DNA of 63,657 nucleotides, filler included, from Octopus bimaculoides (lineage: Eukaryota), in assembly GCF_001194135.2 (NCBI RefSeq). It is 5 parts of 5 records of this genome, joined end to end, with 100 filler letters (N's around TTAATTAATTAA, not from the genome) between each part and the next. Parts side by side here need not be neighbours in the genome. Positions count along the whole stretch, not along the records: positions 1 to 23,767 come from NC_068984.1; 4 more parts are not named here. One strand, given 5' to 3'. Shown one piece after another: positions 1-13,440 of the stretch (its first letter is position 1; each line of letters starts with the position of its first letter). A program made the translations under genes and the position numbers. A model generated the notes under the pieces. It made no database searches and was not told the DNA's origin. It was given only the letters and a program-made list of their open reading frames with translations.

Positions 1-83
1 ATATATATATATATATATATACACATATATATATATATACATATATATATATATGAACATATATACGTATATGTATATATATA

Positions 84-166
84 GATGGAATTTACAAAAC
101 AACATAAAACAAAAGACGAAGACGGGTGTGTAAAAAACAAACAGATGTATTAGTTTAACACACACA
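84..166 (-). mobile_element. Truncated copy of Penelope-like terminal repeat (family P1)
   Basis: gaatttaca...aaacaaaagacgaagacgggtgtgtaaaaaacaaacagatgtattagtttaac is near-identical to 1489-1553 and to the reverse complement of 55085-55155; abuts (TA)n. Confidence 0.6.
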
Positions 167-425
167 CATATATGTAGATACACGCATACACAACCACTCA
201 TATACTCTCACGCATCTATGTATATATACACAAATACTCAAATAAGGGCTCAAACACAACTGCGTATTTGTGTGCGCGTGGGTGTGTATCTATGTCGTTG
301 TGCAAGAAAGTTAATATATACAGAGATATTTTGTTCTTATTCGTTATACAAGTATGTGTATGGGTCTGTACTTATTAATGCGTGTACCTGCATTCCATAC
401 ACACTGGTACACACACACACACATA

Positions 426-467
<42 letters not shown>

Positions 468-539
468 NNNNNNNNNNNNNNNNNNNNNNNNNNNNNNNNN
501 NNNNNNNNNNNNNNNNNNNNNNNNNNNNNNNNNNNNNNN

Positions 540-583
<44 letters not shown>

Positions 584-1484
584 TGTCTTCATGGTAACCA
601 CTATATTTAGAAGACCTTATTCTATTCCCAGAAACAGAACGAAACCTGCTTAACCGGTTTTTAAGAAAAGGATATCACTTGTTGCTCGGTCTCTGACAGA
701 ATCTGGACAAATAATGGTCTTTTGAAGAAGGCAGCGAGTACCCACTCACACACACACACACACATACATACACACAGCTTCATATATGCATATACAGGTA
801 CGTACGCACACATATATGTATGTACGCGAATATACGCACATATATGCACACACACATACATTTTTTTCATAGCCTGAATATATAAGAATATATATAAATA
901 AAAACATATGTGTATATACACACACATATATGTAGACACACGCACACACGCATTCACATGGACTCATATACTTCCACGCCTCTATCATTATATATATATA
1001 TATATATATATATNNNNNNNNNNNNNNNNNNNNNNNNNNNNNNNNNNNNNNNNNNNNNNNNNNNNNNNNNNNNNNNNNNNNNNNNNNNNNNNNNNNNNNN
1101 NNNNNNNNNNNNNNNNNNNNNNNNNNNNNNNNNNNNNNNNNNNNNNNNNNNNNNNNNNNNNNNNNNNNNNNNNNNNNNNNNNNNNNNNNNNNNNNNNNNN
1201 NNNNNNNNNNNNNNNNNNNNNNNNNNNNNNNNNNNNNNNNNNNNNNNNNNNNNNNNNNNNNNNNNNNNNNNNNNNNNNNNNNNNNNNNNNNNNNNNNNNN
1301 NNNNNNNNNNNNNNNNNNNNNNNNNNNNNNNNNNNNNNNNNNNNNNNNNNNNNNNNNNNNNNNNNNNNNNNNNNNNNNNNNNNNNNNNNNNNNNNNNNTA
1401 TATGTATGTATATATATATGTGTGCATATATATACATAATACATACATAACACATACATACACACATACCTATATATATATATA

Positions 1485-1628
1485 GTGAGAATTTACAGAG
1501 AAACAAAAGATGAACACGGGTGTGTAAACAACAAACAGATGTATTAGTTTAACGCTCGGGAAATGAGAAAGTCTTTTATGTTTCGAACCTACGCTCTTCG
1601 ACAGAAAAAAAACAGGGACAGAAAATAG
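1485..1628 (-). mobile_element. Penelope-like terminal repeat (P1) with hammerhead-like motif
   Basis: Reverse-complement homologue of 54970-55158. Minus strand reads ttttCTGTCGA-A-GAGC-GTAG-GTTC-GAAACATAaaagac. Ends in (TA)n. Confidence 0.6.
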
Positions 1629-1644
1629 AAAATAGAAACACACA

Positions 1645-1804
1645 CGACGGCCTTCTTTCAGTTTCCATCTACCAAATCTATTCATAAAGTTTTGGTCAGC
1701 CCGCGGGTATAGTAGAAGTAACTTGCCCAAGGTACCACGCAGTGAGATTGATCCCGGAACTAGGAGAGTATGAAGCAAATTTCTTACCACACAGCCACGC
1801 CTGC
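1645..1804 (-). mobile_element. SINE family A, left (tRNA-head) half
   Basis: Reverse complement of ggcgtggctgtgtggtaag...ccttgggcaagt...ctactata...gaaactgaaagaaggccgtc, matching the copy at 56270-56722. Confidence 0.85.
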
Positions 1805-2289
1805 TTAGCGGCATTTTTGCAATTAAAAACATCGCAAATCCTGAAAAAAGGATTTTTTAAAGAATCTCCACACTTCCCTTTCAAAGATGTGACTATTTAG
1901 TAACGTGAGCAGTTTATGCTATGACATGTGAATCATTGGTCAGTCTATTTTCTGACAAGTGAGTCATTGGTCAGTGTAAAAAGACTTCTGTTTTATTTTC
2001 CACAGACTTAGACTGGCAGAACCAGTTGACCATCGGGCAGGCAGCCATTAGTAATTCTTCAATTACGTTTATTGAATCTTTTGAGTTTCACTGATGAAAT
2101 TTTTGACTTTTATACATCCGAGGCGTTAAGTACCGAGACGTCTGTGATCAGTGTAACTGTATGCCCGCCTCCCATAGATGAAGGATCTTAGTCTATGAGC
2201 AGAGACTCCGAGACCCGTGACGTTAATGTGGAGGGTATTTATTTTTGCCCGAACATCTGAAAACTGACGATTACAAAGGTAGTGAGAGA

Positions 2290-2660
2290 GATCCGAAAGA
2301 CTGAAGTTCTGGTGAGAAAAGCCTGAATGTTAGTGTTAGTTGGGGGGTGGGATGGAGGAAGAGGGCATACAACCATGGCCATGCGTTGAAGAGCGATAAG
2401 TGAAGTGGTTGGGAAGAATGGTTGTGCAACGAGTCCAGCTAGGTCCGAGGAGTAGCAGTACCTGTAGTAACGGTAGGAGAATGAGAGAGAAGGGAGACAA
2501 TAGGTCTTTTGATTTGAGGTCGGAGTGTGTTGGTGAGCGACATCACGGCACGGCGGCCAGCCTTTAGCTGCGTTCTACAATACCTGTAGCGGCAGTAGCA
2601 GCACAGTTCCAGATGTGTAAGAACTACTCCATTGTCACTTTCAGATGGACTTTGATCGAA
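2290..2660 (-). pseudogene. Decayed CR1/Jockey-group LINE, ORF2 C-terminal fragment
   Basis: Minus-strand translation across stops and frameshifts gives KVHLKVTME*FLHIWNCA (cf. RPxMEYxSHIW), RRAVMSL and YRYYRYCYSSDLAGLV (cf. LFYRYYxGxCSxELAxLV). Confidence 0.55.
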
Positions 2661-4234
2661 GAATCATTGCCAATATAAGATACCGTTATTTGTCCTTATG
2701 CCGTTTCTGTTAGAAGTAAAAATGATTGATTCGTGAAGGAAATGGAGTGAAGATTATTAGAGACGTGAATTTATGTTTGTTGGCTGCCTTCGAACAAGAA
2801 AGACAATCTCTTATGCCGGAAATAGATATGTAGTGGGATTTTGAACTATCTCGTTCACATTTCCGGATTATAACCAGTAACTATTATGCCACAAAAGTTA
2901 AAGATCATCTACGAGAAATTAATGCACCAAAAAGGCATTAACACCTGCGTGAATGTGGTTCAACCAATCAAACTTGGCTGGGTGTAACCAAACAGTGGTA
3001 GACCTGAAAGTAAGTTTTGTGAATTTCCCCGTCAAATACTTCTGACGAAGGTTCTCGAAGTTTTGACTGAAGTAATAAAAGCTGAGATGTTGAACTCCCA
3101 AACAGAACAATCTCAGGTGCTACATAGAACTCTGTCGGTCAGTTTTTGTGATAAGGTGTGTTCTCACTCTTTCTATTTATTCTTTCTTTAATAACCATAA
3201 ACAATTTTCGTATGAATAGCTAAAAGTATTATGCAATGAAGATTTTTGACTATCGCATTCACTCTCCCGTCTCTCTCATGAATGATGTTTTATTCAAATA
3301 ATTGTTGTACATATGTAACTGCGAATGTTCCAGGTAATAAAAAAGAACGGGAGCTTATACAAATATTAGTGCATTCATTTTCACCTGTACACTCAACCTA
3401 TCAAATATGGCATACAACTAACGACTAATTACTGACCAAGATATTCTACACCTCCCCTCTCTCTCTCGCGAGAGAGAGAGAGAGAGAGAGTGAGAAGAGG
3501 GTTAGAGGCTAAGAATAGACCAGTGAGGTTGTGGGGTATTGCTGAATATCAAGTTAGATGTTGTTGTTGTTGTTAGTAGTAGTAGTAGTAGTAGTAGTGG
3601 TGATCTTATCGATGGTGGATGTGGACAGTCATGTCAGTTATCTGGTCTTAATGAAATTATTTCCTTTGCTTTTAGACCTGGAAGACTCTTAGAGGGAGTT
3701 TTTATTTTCTAATTACGTGAAAGATTTTCGAGGTTATTGAGTAGTAGTAGTAGTAGTAGTAGTTGCTGTTGTTGCTGTTGCTGGTGGTGGTGTTAAACGT
3801 GCTGGGGGTGGTGGTGGTGATAGCAATGGTGTTGGTAATGTGGTACGTCGTGGTGTCGCTGTTGGCGACAGTGTTGGTAGCATTGGTGGAGGCGTTGGTA
3901 TGGTGATGATACAAGCCTGAGTGTGTTAGTAGTGGATGTTTGGGTGGTGTAGGTGGTACAGGCAATAGTGGTGGTGGTGTTATTACCCCCTCCGTTATTT
4001 CTTTAAGACGATGGTGTTTGTGATGATGGAGAGAGAGAGAACCACAGTCACTAACAGCTGCCTTTCCTTCTCTTTCTCTCTCCATCCTTTACTTTCTCAT
4101 TCTTTCTACCTCTCCCCCTTTCTCTCCCTAGTTCCTCACCCCCTTCCCCCTCTCCCTTTCATTCTACATTCTCGCCCCTTACTATTTCCTACTCTCTCCC
4201 TCATTTTTCACTCTTCTTCCTTCTTTTCGTTCTT

Positions 4235-4322
4235 TTCTTCCGCCGCTCTCTCCCCCCTTCTCTTACTCTCTCTCCCCCTTCTCTTACTCTCTCTCCCCCC
4301 TCTCTTACTCTCTCTCCCCCTT
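4235..4322. repeat. Pyrimidine-rich minisatellite of about 22 bp running into a gap
   Basis: About 4 copies of ctctctccccc(c)ttctcttact. Confidence 0.75.
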
Positions 4323-5187
4323 NNNNNNNNNNNNNNNNNNNNNNNNNNNNNNNNNNNNNNNNNNNNNNNNNNNNNNNNNNNNNNNNNNNNNNNNNNNNNN
4401 NNNNNNNNNNNNNNNNNNNNNNNNNNNNNNNNNNNNNNNNNNNNNNNNNNNNNNNNNNNNNNNNNNNNNNNNNNNNNNNNNNNNNNNNNNNNNNNNNNNN
4501 NNNNNNNNNNNNNNNNNNNNNNNNNNNNNNNNNNNNNNNNNNNNNNNNNNNNNNNNNNNNNNNNNNNNNNNNNNNNNNNNNNNNNNNNNNNNNNNNNNNN
4601 NNNNNNNNNNNNNNNNNNNNNNNNNNNNNNNNNNNNNNNNNNNNNNNNNNNNNNNNNNNNNNNNNNNNNNNNNNNNNNNNNNNNNNNNNNNNNNNNNNNN
4701 NNNNNNNNNNNNNNNNNNNNNNNNNNNNNNNNNNNNNNNNNNNNNNNNNNNNNNNNNNNNNNNNNNNNNNNNNNNNNNNNNNNNNNNNNNNNNNNNNNNN
4801 NNNNNNNNNNNNNNNNNNNNNNNNNNNNNNNNNNNNNNNNNNNNNNNNNNNNNNNNNNNNNNNNNNNNNNNNNNNNNNNNNNNNNNNNNNNNNNNNNNNN
4901 NNNNNNNNNNNNNNNNNNNNNNNNNNNNNNNNNNNNNNNNNNNNNNNNNNNNNNNNNNNNNNNNNNNNNNNNNNNNNNNNNNNNNNNNNNNNNNNNNNNN
5001 NNNNNNNNNNNNNNNNNNNNNNNNNNNNNNNNNNNNNNNNNNNNNNNNNNNNNNNNNNNNNNNNNNNNNNNNNNNNNNNNNNNNNNNNNNNNNNNNNNNN
5101 NNNNNNNNNNNNNNNNNNNNNNNNNNNNNNNNNNNNNNNNNNNNNNNNNNNNNNNNNNNNNNNNNNNNNNNNNNNNNNNNNNNNNNN

Positions 5188-5224
<37 letters not shown>

Positions 5225-5499
5225 TCAGTCACCAATTTCATCTCAATTCATTGTCGACATTGTAGCGTATTTCGAGCCGATTTTCTCTCAGTTCATATTT
5301 TCTATTTCCGGTTTCAATCCGGTTCAAAATGGTGGTGTTTCAGAGTTAGTTTTGCTTTCTTTCAGCTTCTCTATCGCCATCAAACTAAGAAACTAACCAA
5401 CTCAACTCCACAAATACACTTATACACACACACATTCACACATGCATGTGTATATATTGTGTGCATGCATACAGAGATATATGCATGTGTTTATATATA

Positions 5500-5534
<35 letters not shown>

Positions 5535-5746
5535 TATATATCTTGTTATTGATAAGTGTATATATGTATAAGCGTATATAAAATATATACATATGTGTAA
5601 TATAATATATATATATATGGATCTGTATGTATATACACGCACTCATATTCATGTATGCATGTATAAACATACACCCGTTTGTATTTATATGTATATATAT
5701 GTAAGTGTATGTATTTAATATGTGTGCGCGCGTACGCGTGTATGTA

Positions 5747-5794
<48 letters not shown>

Positions 5795-6104
5795 GNNNNN
5801 NNNNNTATGTATGTATGTATGTGTGTGTGTGTGTATGTATGTGTGTGTGTGTGTATGTGTGTGTGTGTATGCCTGTGTAAGCGTAGTATGTCCCTCGCCA
5901 GAACAATATTGCGGATTCATTCTTCTTTTTCTGTTTTCGTTTTAAATTAATTCTTATCCGCCATCTTAGCCATTGTTTTCGTTTTCGTTTTCGTTGTTGT
6001 TGTTGTTTTTGCTGCGGTTGTTGTCCTTTCTTGCTAGTCTCATTGTCAAATCTATTTCCCTGCAATATTTCTAAAACATCCAACTTCATTCTCTCTCTCC
6101 TTCC

Positions 6105-6135
<31 letters not shown>

Positions 6136-6553
6136 TCTCTCTTCTCTCCTCTTTCTCTTTCTCCACCACTGTTCCACACTCGACCATTCTGACCATTTTT
6201 CAATTTCCACACTCTTCCGGCCTTTTTTCGAAAGAGCATAAGCACACACACATACACACACAAACACACACACACATTCACACACACATTCACACACACA
6301 TTCACACACACATTCACAACACGTACACACACACACTGATACAGGCAGACACGTATATATATATGTGCACATAGTGTATAGAACTACAAAATATGTATGT
6401 GTGGTATATATATCATATATATGTATGTGTGTGTGTATGTATATATGTGTATACATACACACACAGACACACATACACACACACACACACATATATTTGT
6501 ATGTGTACGCACACTCACACATATATGTATGTATATTGTATGTATATACATGA

Positions 6554-6606
<53 letters not shown>

Positions 6607-7330
6607 CACACACACACACGGGTATGTATGCACACACTAGATACTCACATACCTGTCTATCTTTTTTTTCAGCAATTCCTGCCAAGCACCCCGGGTGTGA
6701 CTCGGGAACGTTTGAAATGTTTTCTCAATTGTTATTACTAGAATTCCCAGACAGAATGTTGCCAGAATTCCGTTTCGATTCCGTTCTATTTATATGGCCA
6801 ATATTCTTGAGGAAGTCCTGAATATCGCACAGCCTCCTCCTCCTCCCCCTCCTTCTCCTCTTCCTCCTACCATTACAGCAACGGACCATTGCGTAGTCAG
6901 TGGATCTTCTAAAAATAGCAGCCTCATCTTCCTCAAATCATTGTCTACTGCTTTGTATTGAAAAGACACAGGTTATTGTGTTCTTAGATATACAAAACAC
7001 AAGGGACCGTTGTGGCTTGAGTGCCCTTCACCGACGCTCTGCTAGATCTTTGGCCCTTTACTATGTGGCGGGTCATATTTTGTGTGTAAGTCGTCTTAAT
7101 ACTTTTTTTCTTAGTCCCGAAACGGCCGAATGCCTTTGTCTTTGTCTTCACAAAGACGAATGCCATTCATCTCAGTTTGGTGGAATCTACTTCCGTCGTA
7201 AACGGGAGAAGTTGATGATAACTAAAACACTTGTTATTTACCAGGTGATACTATATGATAATGCTATGAGGCAGCGAGCTGTGGATTCGTTAGTGCGTCG
7301 AACAAAATGCTTATCTTTTATCTCTTAATT

Positions 7331-7700
7331 GTTTCATATATTAGACTTCGGCCATGCTGGGGCACTGCTTTGAAGAACTTTCAGTCAAATGAATCGACAG
7401 AAGTGATTATTTTGTTTAAAGCATAGCACTTATTCTATCGGTTCCTTTGGCCGAACTGCTAATTACTGAGGACGCAAACCCACCAACACCGATTCTCAAG
7501 TGGTGGTAGGGGACAAAGAGAGACACACACACACATATACATAACGGGCTTCTTTCAGTTTCCATCAACCAGACCCACTCACAAGGTTTTGGTCAGCCTG
7601 AGGTTATAGTAGAAGACACTTGCCCAAGATACCACGCAGTGGGACTGAACCCGGCACCATGTGGTTGGCAAGCAAACTTCTTACCTCACAACTACGCCCA
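7331..7700 (-). mobile_element. SINE family A, full length
   Basis: Tail (ggccatgctggggcactgc), right half, internal CA/TA tract and left half (gggcttctttcagtttcc...cacttgcccaag...gggactgaaccc) in reverse orientation. Confidence 0.85.
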
Positions 7701-8243
7701 CTTAGCGGCATTTCTTCCGGCTCTTTATGTTCTAAGTTCAAATCACGCCGTGACCAACGTAGTTTTTTTTATCCCTCCAGGGTCGATAGCATGGAATCAA
7801 GTTCTAAAATCGATTTGCGTCTCCCTCACCTCAAACTTACTCGAGTTGAACCCTGTAACGGACTGGTGTCTCATTGTAAGGGAATGCTATGGTCTCGGTT
7901 ATTTATATGCTATGGAAAACGAGTTTCAGGGTTTGAGATAAAAATACATAACGTCAACCTATACTATCCATGGTGTTTATTTTCTGCTGAGTGGAGTGAG
8001 CCATCGAGCTGTAACTACATTAATCTCTTTCAGTGTAGGGAGCTGGTATTAGATTAACTTCTTGTTTCTTTCTGTGGTTGTCCAACATTGCATTGCAACA
8101 GCAATCTTCAAGTGACATAATGGAATAAGGGAAGCGGCGGCGGCGGCGGCGATGTGATAAATTGATAAATAAATTGTAAACGTAACGACCCAGAAACATT
8201 GGCTTACGTTGGTCCTTAATTCTAGTTTCAAAATATGATGCAG

Positions 8244-8390
8244 AGCATGGCTGTGAGGTAAGAAGTTCACTTTCCAATCACATGGTTTTGGTTTCAGTCC
8301 CTTGGACGATTGTAATCTACTATAGCCTCGAACCGACTAAGGCCTTGTGAATGGATTTTGTAAACAGAAACTGAATGAAGCCCTTCGTAT

Positions 8391-8473
<83 letters not shown>

Positions 8474-8690
8474 CCTTTCATTCTGTGTTTGTCCCGCCAT
8501 CGCCACTTGACAACTGGTGTTGGTGTGTTTACGTCCCCGTAACTTAGCGGTTCAAAAAAGGATCAATAGAATAAGTACTAGGTTTTAAAAAAACGAGTCC
8601 TGGGATCGATTTGTTTGACTAAAACCCTTCAGGGCAGTGCTCCAGTATGGCCGCAGCCAAATGACTGAACCAATTAAAAGAACAAAACAA
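8244..8690 (+). mobile_element. SINE family A, full length
   Basis: ggctgtgaggtaagaag...gaaactgaatgaagccc-(CA)n(TA)n(TG)n-tgtttgtccc...gcagtgctccagtatggccgcagccaaatgactgaac. Confidence 0.85.
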
Positions 8691-8734
8691 TTCACTTTGC
8701 TGCAGCCACTCGTACGTCATATTGGTTTCAAATT

Positions 8735-8930
8735 TTGTTACAAGGCCAGCAGATTTGGGGGAGGGGGTAAGGCGATTATATAGATCCCTAGTATCTGACT
8801 GGTACATATTTTATCGAGCCTGAAAGGATGAAAAGCAAAGTCGATCCCGGCGGAGTTTCAAATCAGAACGTAAAGTGGGATGAAATGCATTTTGTTCGGC
8901 GCGCTAAGGATTGTGCCAGCTAGCGCCCTT
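8735..8930 (-). mobile_element. SINE family B monomer
   Basis: acaaggcc...ctggtac...gaaaggatgaaaagcaaagtcga...gtgccagct, reverse complement of the B consensus. Confidence 0.75.
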
Positions 8931-10866
8931 AATCGCACGTCATGACACCAGGAAATCCATTAGAACTGGGACAAAGTGTTCGGATCACAAAAAACCAATG
9001 GAACTCCTGGATAGATTGGAACCCACTTCCATAAGGAAATCATCTAATCATTTAACCACTTGGCCACATCGCTTCTACAATAAATGAATTATCTTCAGTT
9101 TAATCTCGACACAGAATTTGTGTGATTTCTTACAGAGGCACAACAGCTCCGATTAATAGATGTGAGATGCTGTGGTGTAAATACCTTTCCGAATATATCT
9201 TCTTTGCTAAGTAGAGATGCTACTGATTGCTTCTCTAACATAAGACGCGAAGTAATTCACTGCCGGATCCTGAAAAGCTCGCTAACACTGTTCTCTGCCG
9301 AACTGTACGAAGGCAAAATTCTCCTTCGTTTTTGAATTTGCAATTTGAACAGCATCACCCAGAAAACTGATTCTTCCCTGTACTCAAGGAGGTAGAGTGA
9401 ATTATATCAATGAATGTGTTTTGCTATTCGTATATAGACAACAACATCATGGCAGTGTGTATACACACTCAGACACACACACACTTTTGGAAAGATTAGC
9501 AAATAATGGTGAATATTAATAATTCATGATCTTTCTTTGTGCGCGCGCGCATGCGCGTGTGTGCATTGAATGTGTATATATTAGTATATGTGTGAATGGT
9601 GATGCTCTTGTGTGAGTTAATAACAAATGAATTGTGTCCAGAGCCAAACGATTCCTCAAGCTCATGAAATTACACTTGATGAGTGATTGTGTCATGACGT
9701 TAACAAACGTCACATGGGCAAGGAAGGTACTGTTATCAATAAGTCACCATTATACTTCCATTTTCTCTCTCTTCGCTTCTTACGTAGAACCAGGAACAAG
9801 TTTCCAAAGAAAATGCAATGTCGTTGGTTTCTACGTATCTTTGAAAATATAGCTGTGGGAGACTGAATATTGCCAATAAAAAGCGAAGCTTTCTCACAAA
9901 ATTTATTAGCACGGAAATTAATTGCATTAGATCCGACTTGTTACAGGTGTCCTGTGATATAATTATATCCATATATTATATATACACCTCCAGGTAAATC
10001 TTTCCCGAATTTCCAATGTGTAAATATATAAATGCATGAATGCATGCTTACATACATACACACACACATACACACACACATACGTACCTACCTTCCTACC
10101 TACCTACCTGCATACATACATACATACATACGCACACACACATACATGTACATAATACGTATATATTTGTCTATGTATAAATGTATGTACGTCTGCTGTG
10201 TTTTCTAATCTGAATTACGGAGTGTGTGAGTTGTGTGTATGCGTGTATGCCTGTGTATGTGCATGTGTGTATGCGTGTGTGAATGTTTCTGTTTGTATTT
10301 ATTTGAGCATTTATTCGTATCCTTAATGCGCAAAAGCATTTCGTCTCCCGATATTTTCAGAGTGGAAATATCTAACATTTGCTGACTAATCTTTATATTC
10401 TGTTCGTATACAGACAGATATCACCAGATTGATGCGCACGCGCACACGCGCGCACATTGTTTGGCATTCTGATGAAGATAGCGCAGCATTCCTGATTAGG
10501 TTGAAAAACACACCTTGAGAGATTTATCTTACGTAATTCACGTACCACAATTATGTAATTATACATTTAATGATGAGTGTCTTAATGAAACAGCTGTTGA
10601 GCATAATTAAAGTATGAATTGTATGTGATATTTATGCTTTTCTTCTTTTATGATAAATCTGCTACTCTTAAACAACACTGTTTTAATCACTTCTCTTTAA
10701 ACATACAAATCGGTCCCATCTGGATTTTCTGCAATGTAATAACATGTTGTAGTTTAACGACCTTTTATTTATTCAGCTCTTAATTACAGTAGAGTTTTTA
10801 CATGATATTTATACGTCAGTATAAATATGGCCGGACACGGACACACACACACACACACGTATATGA

Positions 10867-10903
<37 letters not shown>

Positions 10904-11230
10904 NNNNNNNNNNNNNNNNNNNNNNNNNNNNNNNNNNNNNNNNNNNNNNNNNNNNNNNNNNNNNNNNNNNNNNNNNNNNNNNNNNNNNNNNNNNNNNNNN
11001 NNNNNNNNNNNNNNNNNNNNNNNNNNNNNNNNNNNNNNNNNNNNNNNNNNNNNNNNNNNNNNNNNNNNNNNNNNNNNNNNNNNNNNNNNNNNNNNNNNNN
11101 NNNNNNNNNNNNNNNNNNNNNNNNNNNNNNNNNNNNNNNNNNNNNNNNNNNNNNNNNNNNNNNNNNNNNNNNNNNNNNNNNNNNNAAGGAGGGGATAAAC
11201 TACCTGCACCATCTTGCTATGAAAGCAAGT

Positions 11231-11906
11231 AGTAATTTTTCCTTGTTCTTATTCTTAGTGCAAGTTTTGAAGAGTGCAGCTCGATTTCAACAGTTATTTT
11301 TTCAAAGCTATAATGGAAGTGACAAAGGCGCATATTCGGCATATTTTGCTTTATGAGTTCAATAAAAGCAACAGCGAAATGGAAAGTGCGAGGAATATTA
11401 ATGCAGTGTATGGGGATTGGACAATAAGCGTCAGCCAGTGTCAGTGGTGGTTCCAGAAATTCCGAGCCAGAAACTACAGTTTAGAAGACGAATCTCATTC
11501 TGGAAGATCTGTAGAGATCGACGAAGACATCCTGCAAACCCTGGTGGAACAAAATCCCATCCTGACTGTTGAGGAACAAACAGAGAAGCTTGGATGTGGT
11601 CATTCAACCATCATTGACACCTGCATGCCATCGGAAAAGTCAGCAAATTCGATCAATGGGTTCCTCACTAACTTTCCGCATGTAATCGCGAGCAGAGAGT
11701 GAATGTATACTCTTCTTTGCTGTCACGTCTCACGAATGAACCTTATTTGGACTGAATAGTGACTGGTGACGAGAAATGGGTTCTCTAGAGAAATGTCAAG
11801 CGCCGAAGACAGTGAGTAGGGAAAGGAGAAATACTGGCACCCCAGGCTAAAAATAGTCTGCACTCACGTAAGGTGTTGTTATCTGTTTAGTGGGATATGA
11901 AAGGTT
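11231..11906 (+). mobile_element. Mariner transposon (Mos1/mellifera-like), decayed 5' half of transposase
   Basis: ATG 11313: MEVTKAHIRHILLYEFNK...AVYGD...QCQWWFQKFRARNYSLEDESHSGRSVE (mariner HTH). After a frameshift: GKVSKFDQWVPH*L, IVTGDEKWVL (first catalytic D) and LHSRKVLLSV*WDMKG. Multiple stops. Confidence 0.9.
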
Positions 11907-12500
11907 TCGTTCTCAGTCGTCTATATTACTACTTCCAGTTGTGGTCACCGCAGAGCGTCAAATTGGTAGCAAAACTTGAGACAATCTAGCGTCACTACAC
12001 ATAGAAGATTGACTCGGTGAAGCAGACGAGCTATTGGGAGAGGCTGAAGGAACTGAAGCTCTACTCCCGAGAGAGAAGGCGAGAAAGATATGCAATGATA
12101 TACGTATGGAAGATCCTGGAAGGTCTAGCTCCCAACTTTGGAATTAAAAGCTATACCAAGGACTGAACTGGACGGCACTGCATGGCACCAGTGATTCCGT
12201 CTTATCTATCTAGAATAGGGACCCAATATTGTAACTGTTTGGGTTTCAAGGGTCCACAACTATTCAAAATTCTGCCAATAATCTCAGAAACTTGTGAGGT
12301 GTGGATGTGGAGGTCTTCAAAGAAAGCCTGGACACATTTCTGAGATACCAGATGAAACCACATCGCAGCAGAAGGCACGAGAAAGAGCAGCTCCGTCCAA
12401 CTCGTTATTTCACCAGAAACTGTACAGAAAAGTAACTCTGACACGCTGAAAGGCGGTGCTCCAGTATGACCTCAGCCTCTGACTGAATTCGGTAAAAGAT
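11907..12500 (+). mobile_element. CR1-clade LINE 3' fragment including 3' UTR
   Basis: FVLSRLYYYFQLWSP...SYWERLKELKLYSRERRRERYAMIYVWKILEGLAPNFG...FKESLDTFL...AAPSNSLFHQ, then TGA followed by aaggcggtgctccagtatgacc...gtaaaagat. Confidence 0.85.
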
Positions 12501-12849
12501 GTTATATATATATATATATATATATATTCTGATCGAATCTCCATTGCGTCAACATGTACCTCCTTGCGACAATATAATATTTAATCCAATCAAGATATCC
12601 TTGGCCGGAAGAGTAGCCTGCCGTATACACCTCACTTGGATGTTTACCACTACCGATGTTCCGCTCGCTATGAAACATATGTAGCCCGGATCTTTCCTAC
12701 TCCATTCCGTAACTCTAGTATTCTTATTCGCACATCCGGCAACCCTTGTCGCCTACTTAGTGGGCTATCTTAGCCCACTGAGATATTGAATATCTACAGA
12801 CTTCATCTGTCTCCTATTTCTTGAATCGGTAGCTGCCTGTCTGATAACA

Positions 12850-13320
12850 TCATCGTGGGGGTAAGTAACGGAACTCTTTCAAACCCATTCTCTATGAACT
12901 CTGGATTGCCTTCGGGTTCGGTTTTGTCCCTCTATATACCGATATCTGGGAAGATCCGCTCGACTTGCTGGAATTCAATCCATAACAGACAACCCAGCCT
13001 CTTGCCCAAAGACTCGCCGTCTTCTCTCTGTGCCTTTTCTGCCGTTATTATAATGATTACTGATCTTCGGAGTTGGCTGTTTCGTGCTTACGTCATTGAC
13101 GTAAGTCTGTCCCATTCATTTCCCTGCCTTTCATCACTCTTAGCGCATTCACCCCCTACTCTCAGAACATCAGCCCTTTGGAACCTTTTCTCTGTCAGTG
13201 TTGTTCATGTGGGTATTGGCAAGCGTAACTTTAAACGAAACCTTAACAGCATCGAACTCACAGGCCTTGGAGGTCCACCAAATGTTATGGACAATGATAT
13301 CCAGACTCATCTAATAAAAA
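12850..13320 (+). pseudogene. Decayed, internally deleted CR1/Jockey-group LINE ORF2 fragment
   Basis: VGVSNGTLSNPFSMNSGLPSGSVLS (RT GVPQGSVL motif), QPLAQRLAVFSLCLFCRYYNDY*SSELA, RTSALWNL...FKRNLN; aataaaaa at 13313. Same group as 2290-2660. Confidence 0.7.
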
Positions 13321-13440
13321 GGATGCGAGGACAGAGACAAGAATCGAGCCTAGATTTGCAACCAGTTTTTGATCTGTGAGACACAATATTCATAATCAGC
13401 ATCAAAATTAAAACAATATTTAGACTATAGAAGGTTGACA

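Noticed and set aside
218-1506. Long ORFs rich in YI/HT/CV, and all ORFs containing X runs across the window
   Set aside because: They are translations of TA/CA/TG/CATA microsatellites and N-gaps.
3036-3075. CTGACGA...CGAAG hammerhead-like string
   Set aside because: Lacks GAAA and an NUH cleavage site.
3702-4085. 127-aa Thr/Pro/His-rich ORF
   Set aside because: Derived from GGT/AGT/GTT trinucleotide repeats.
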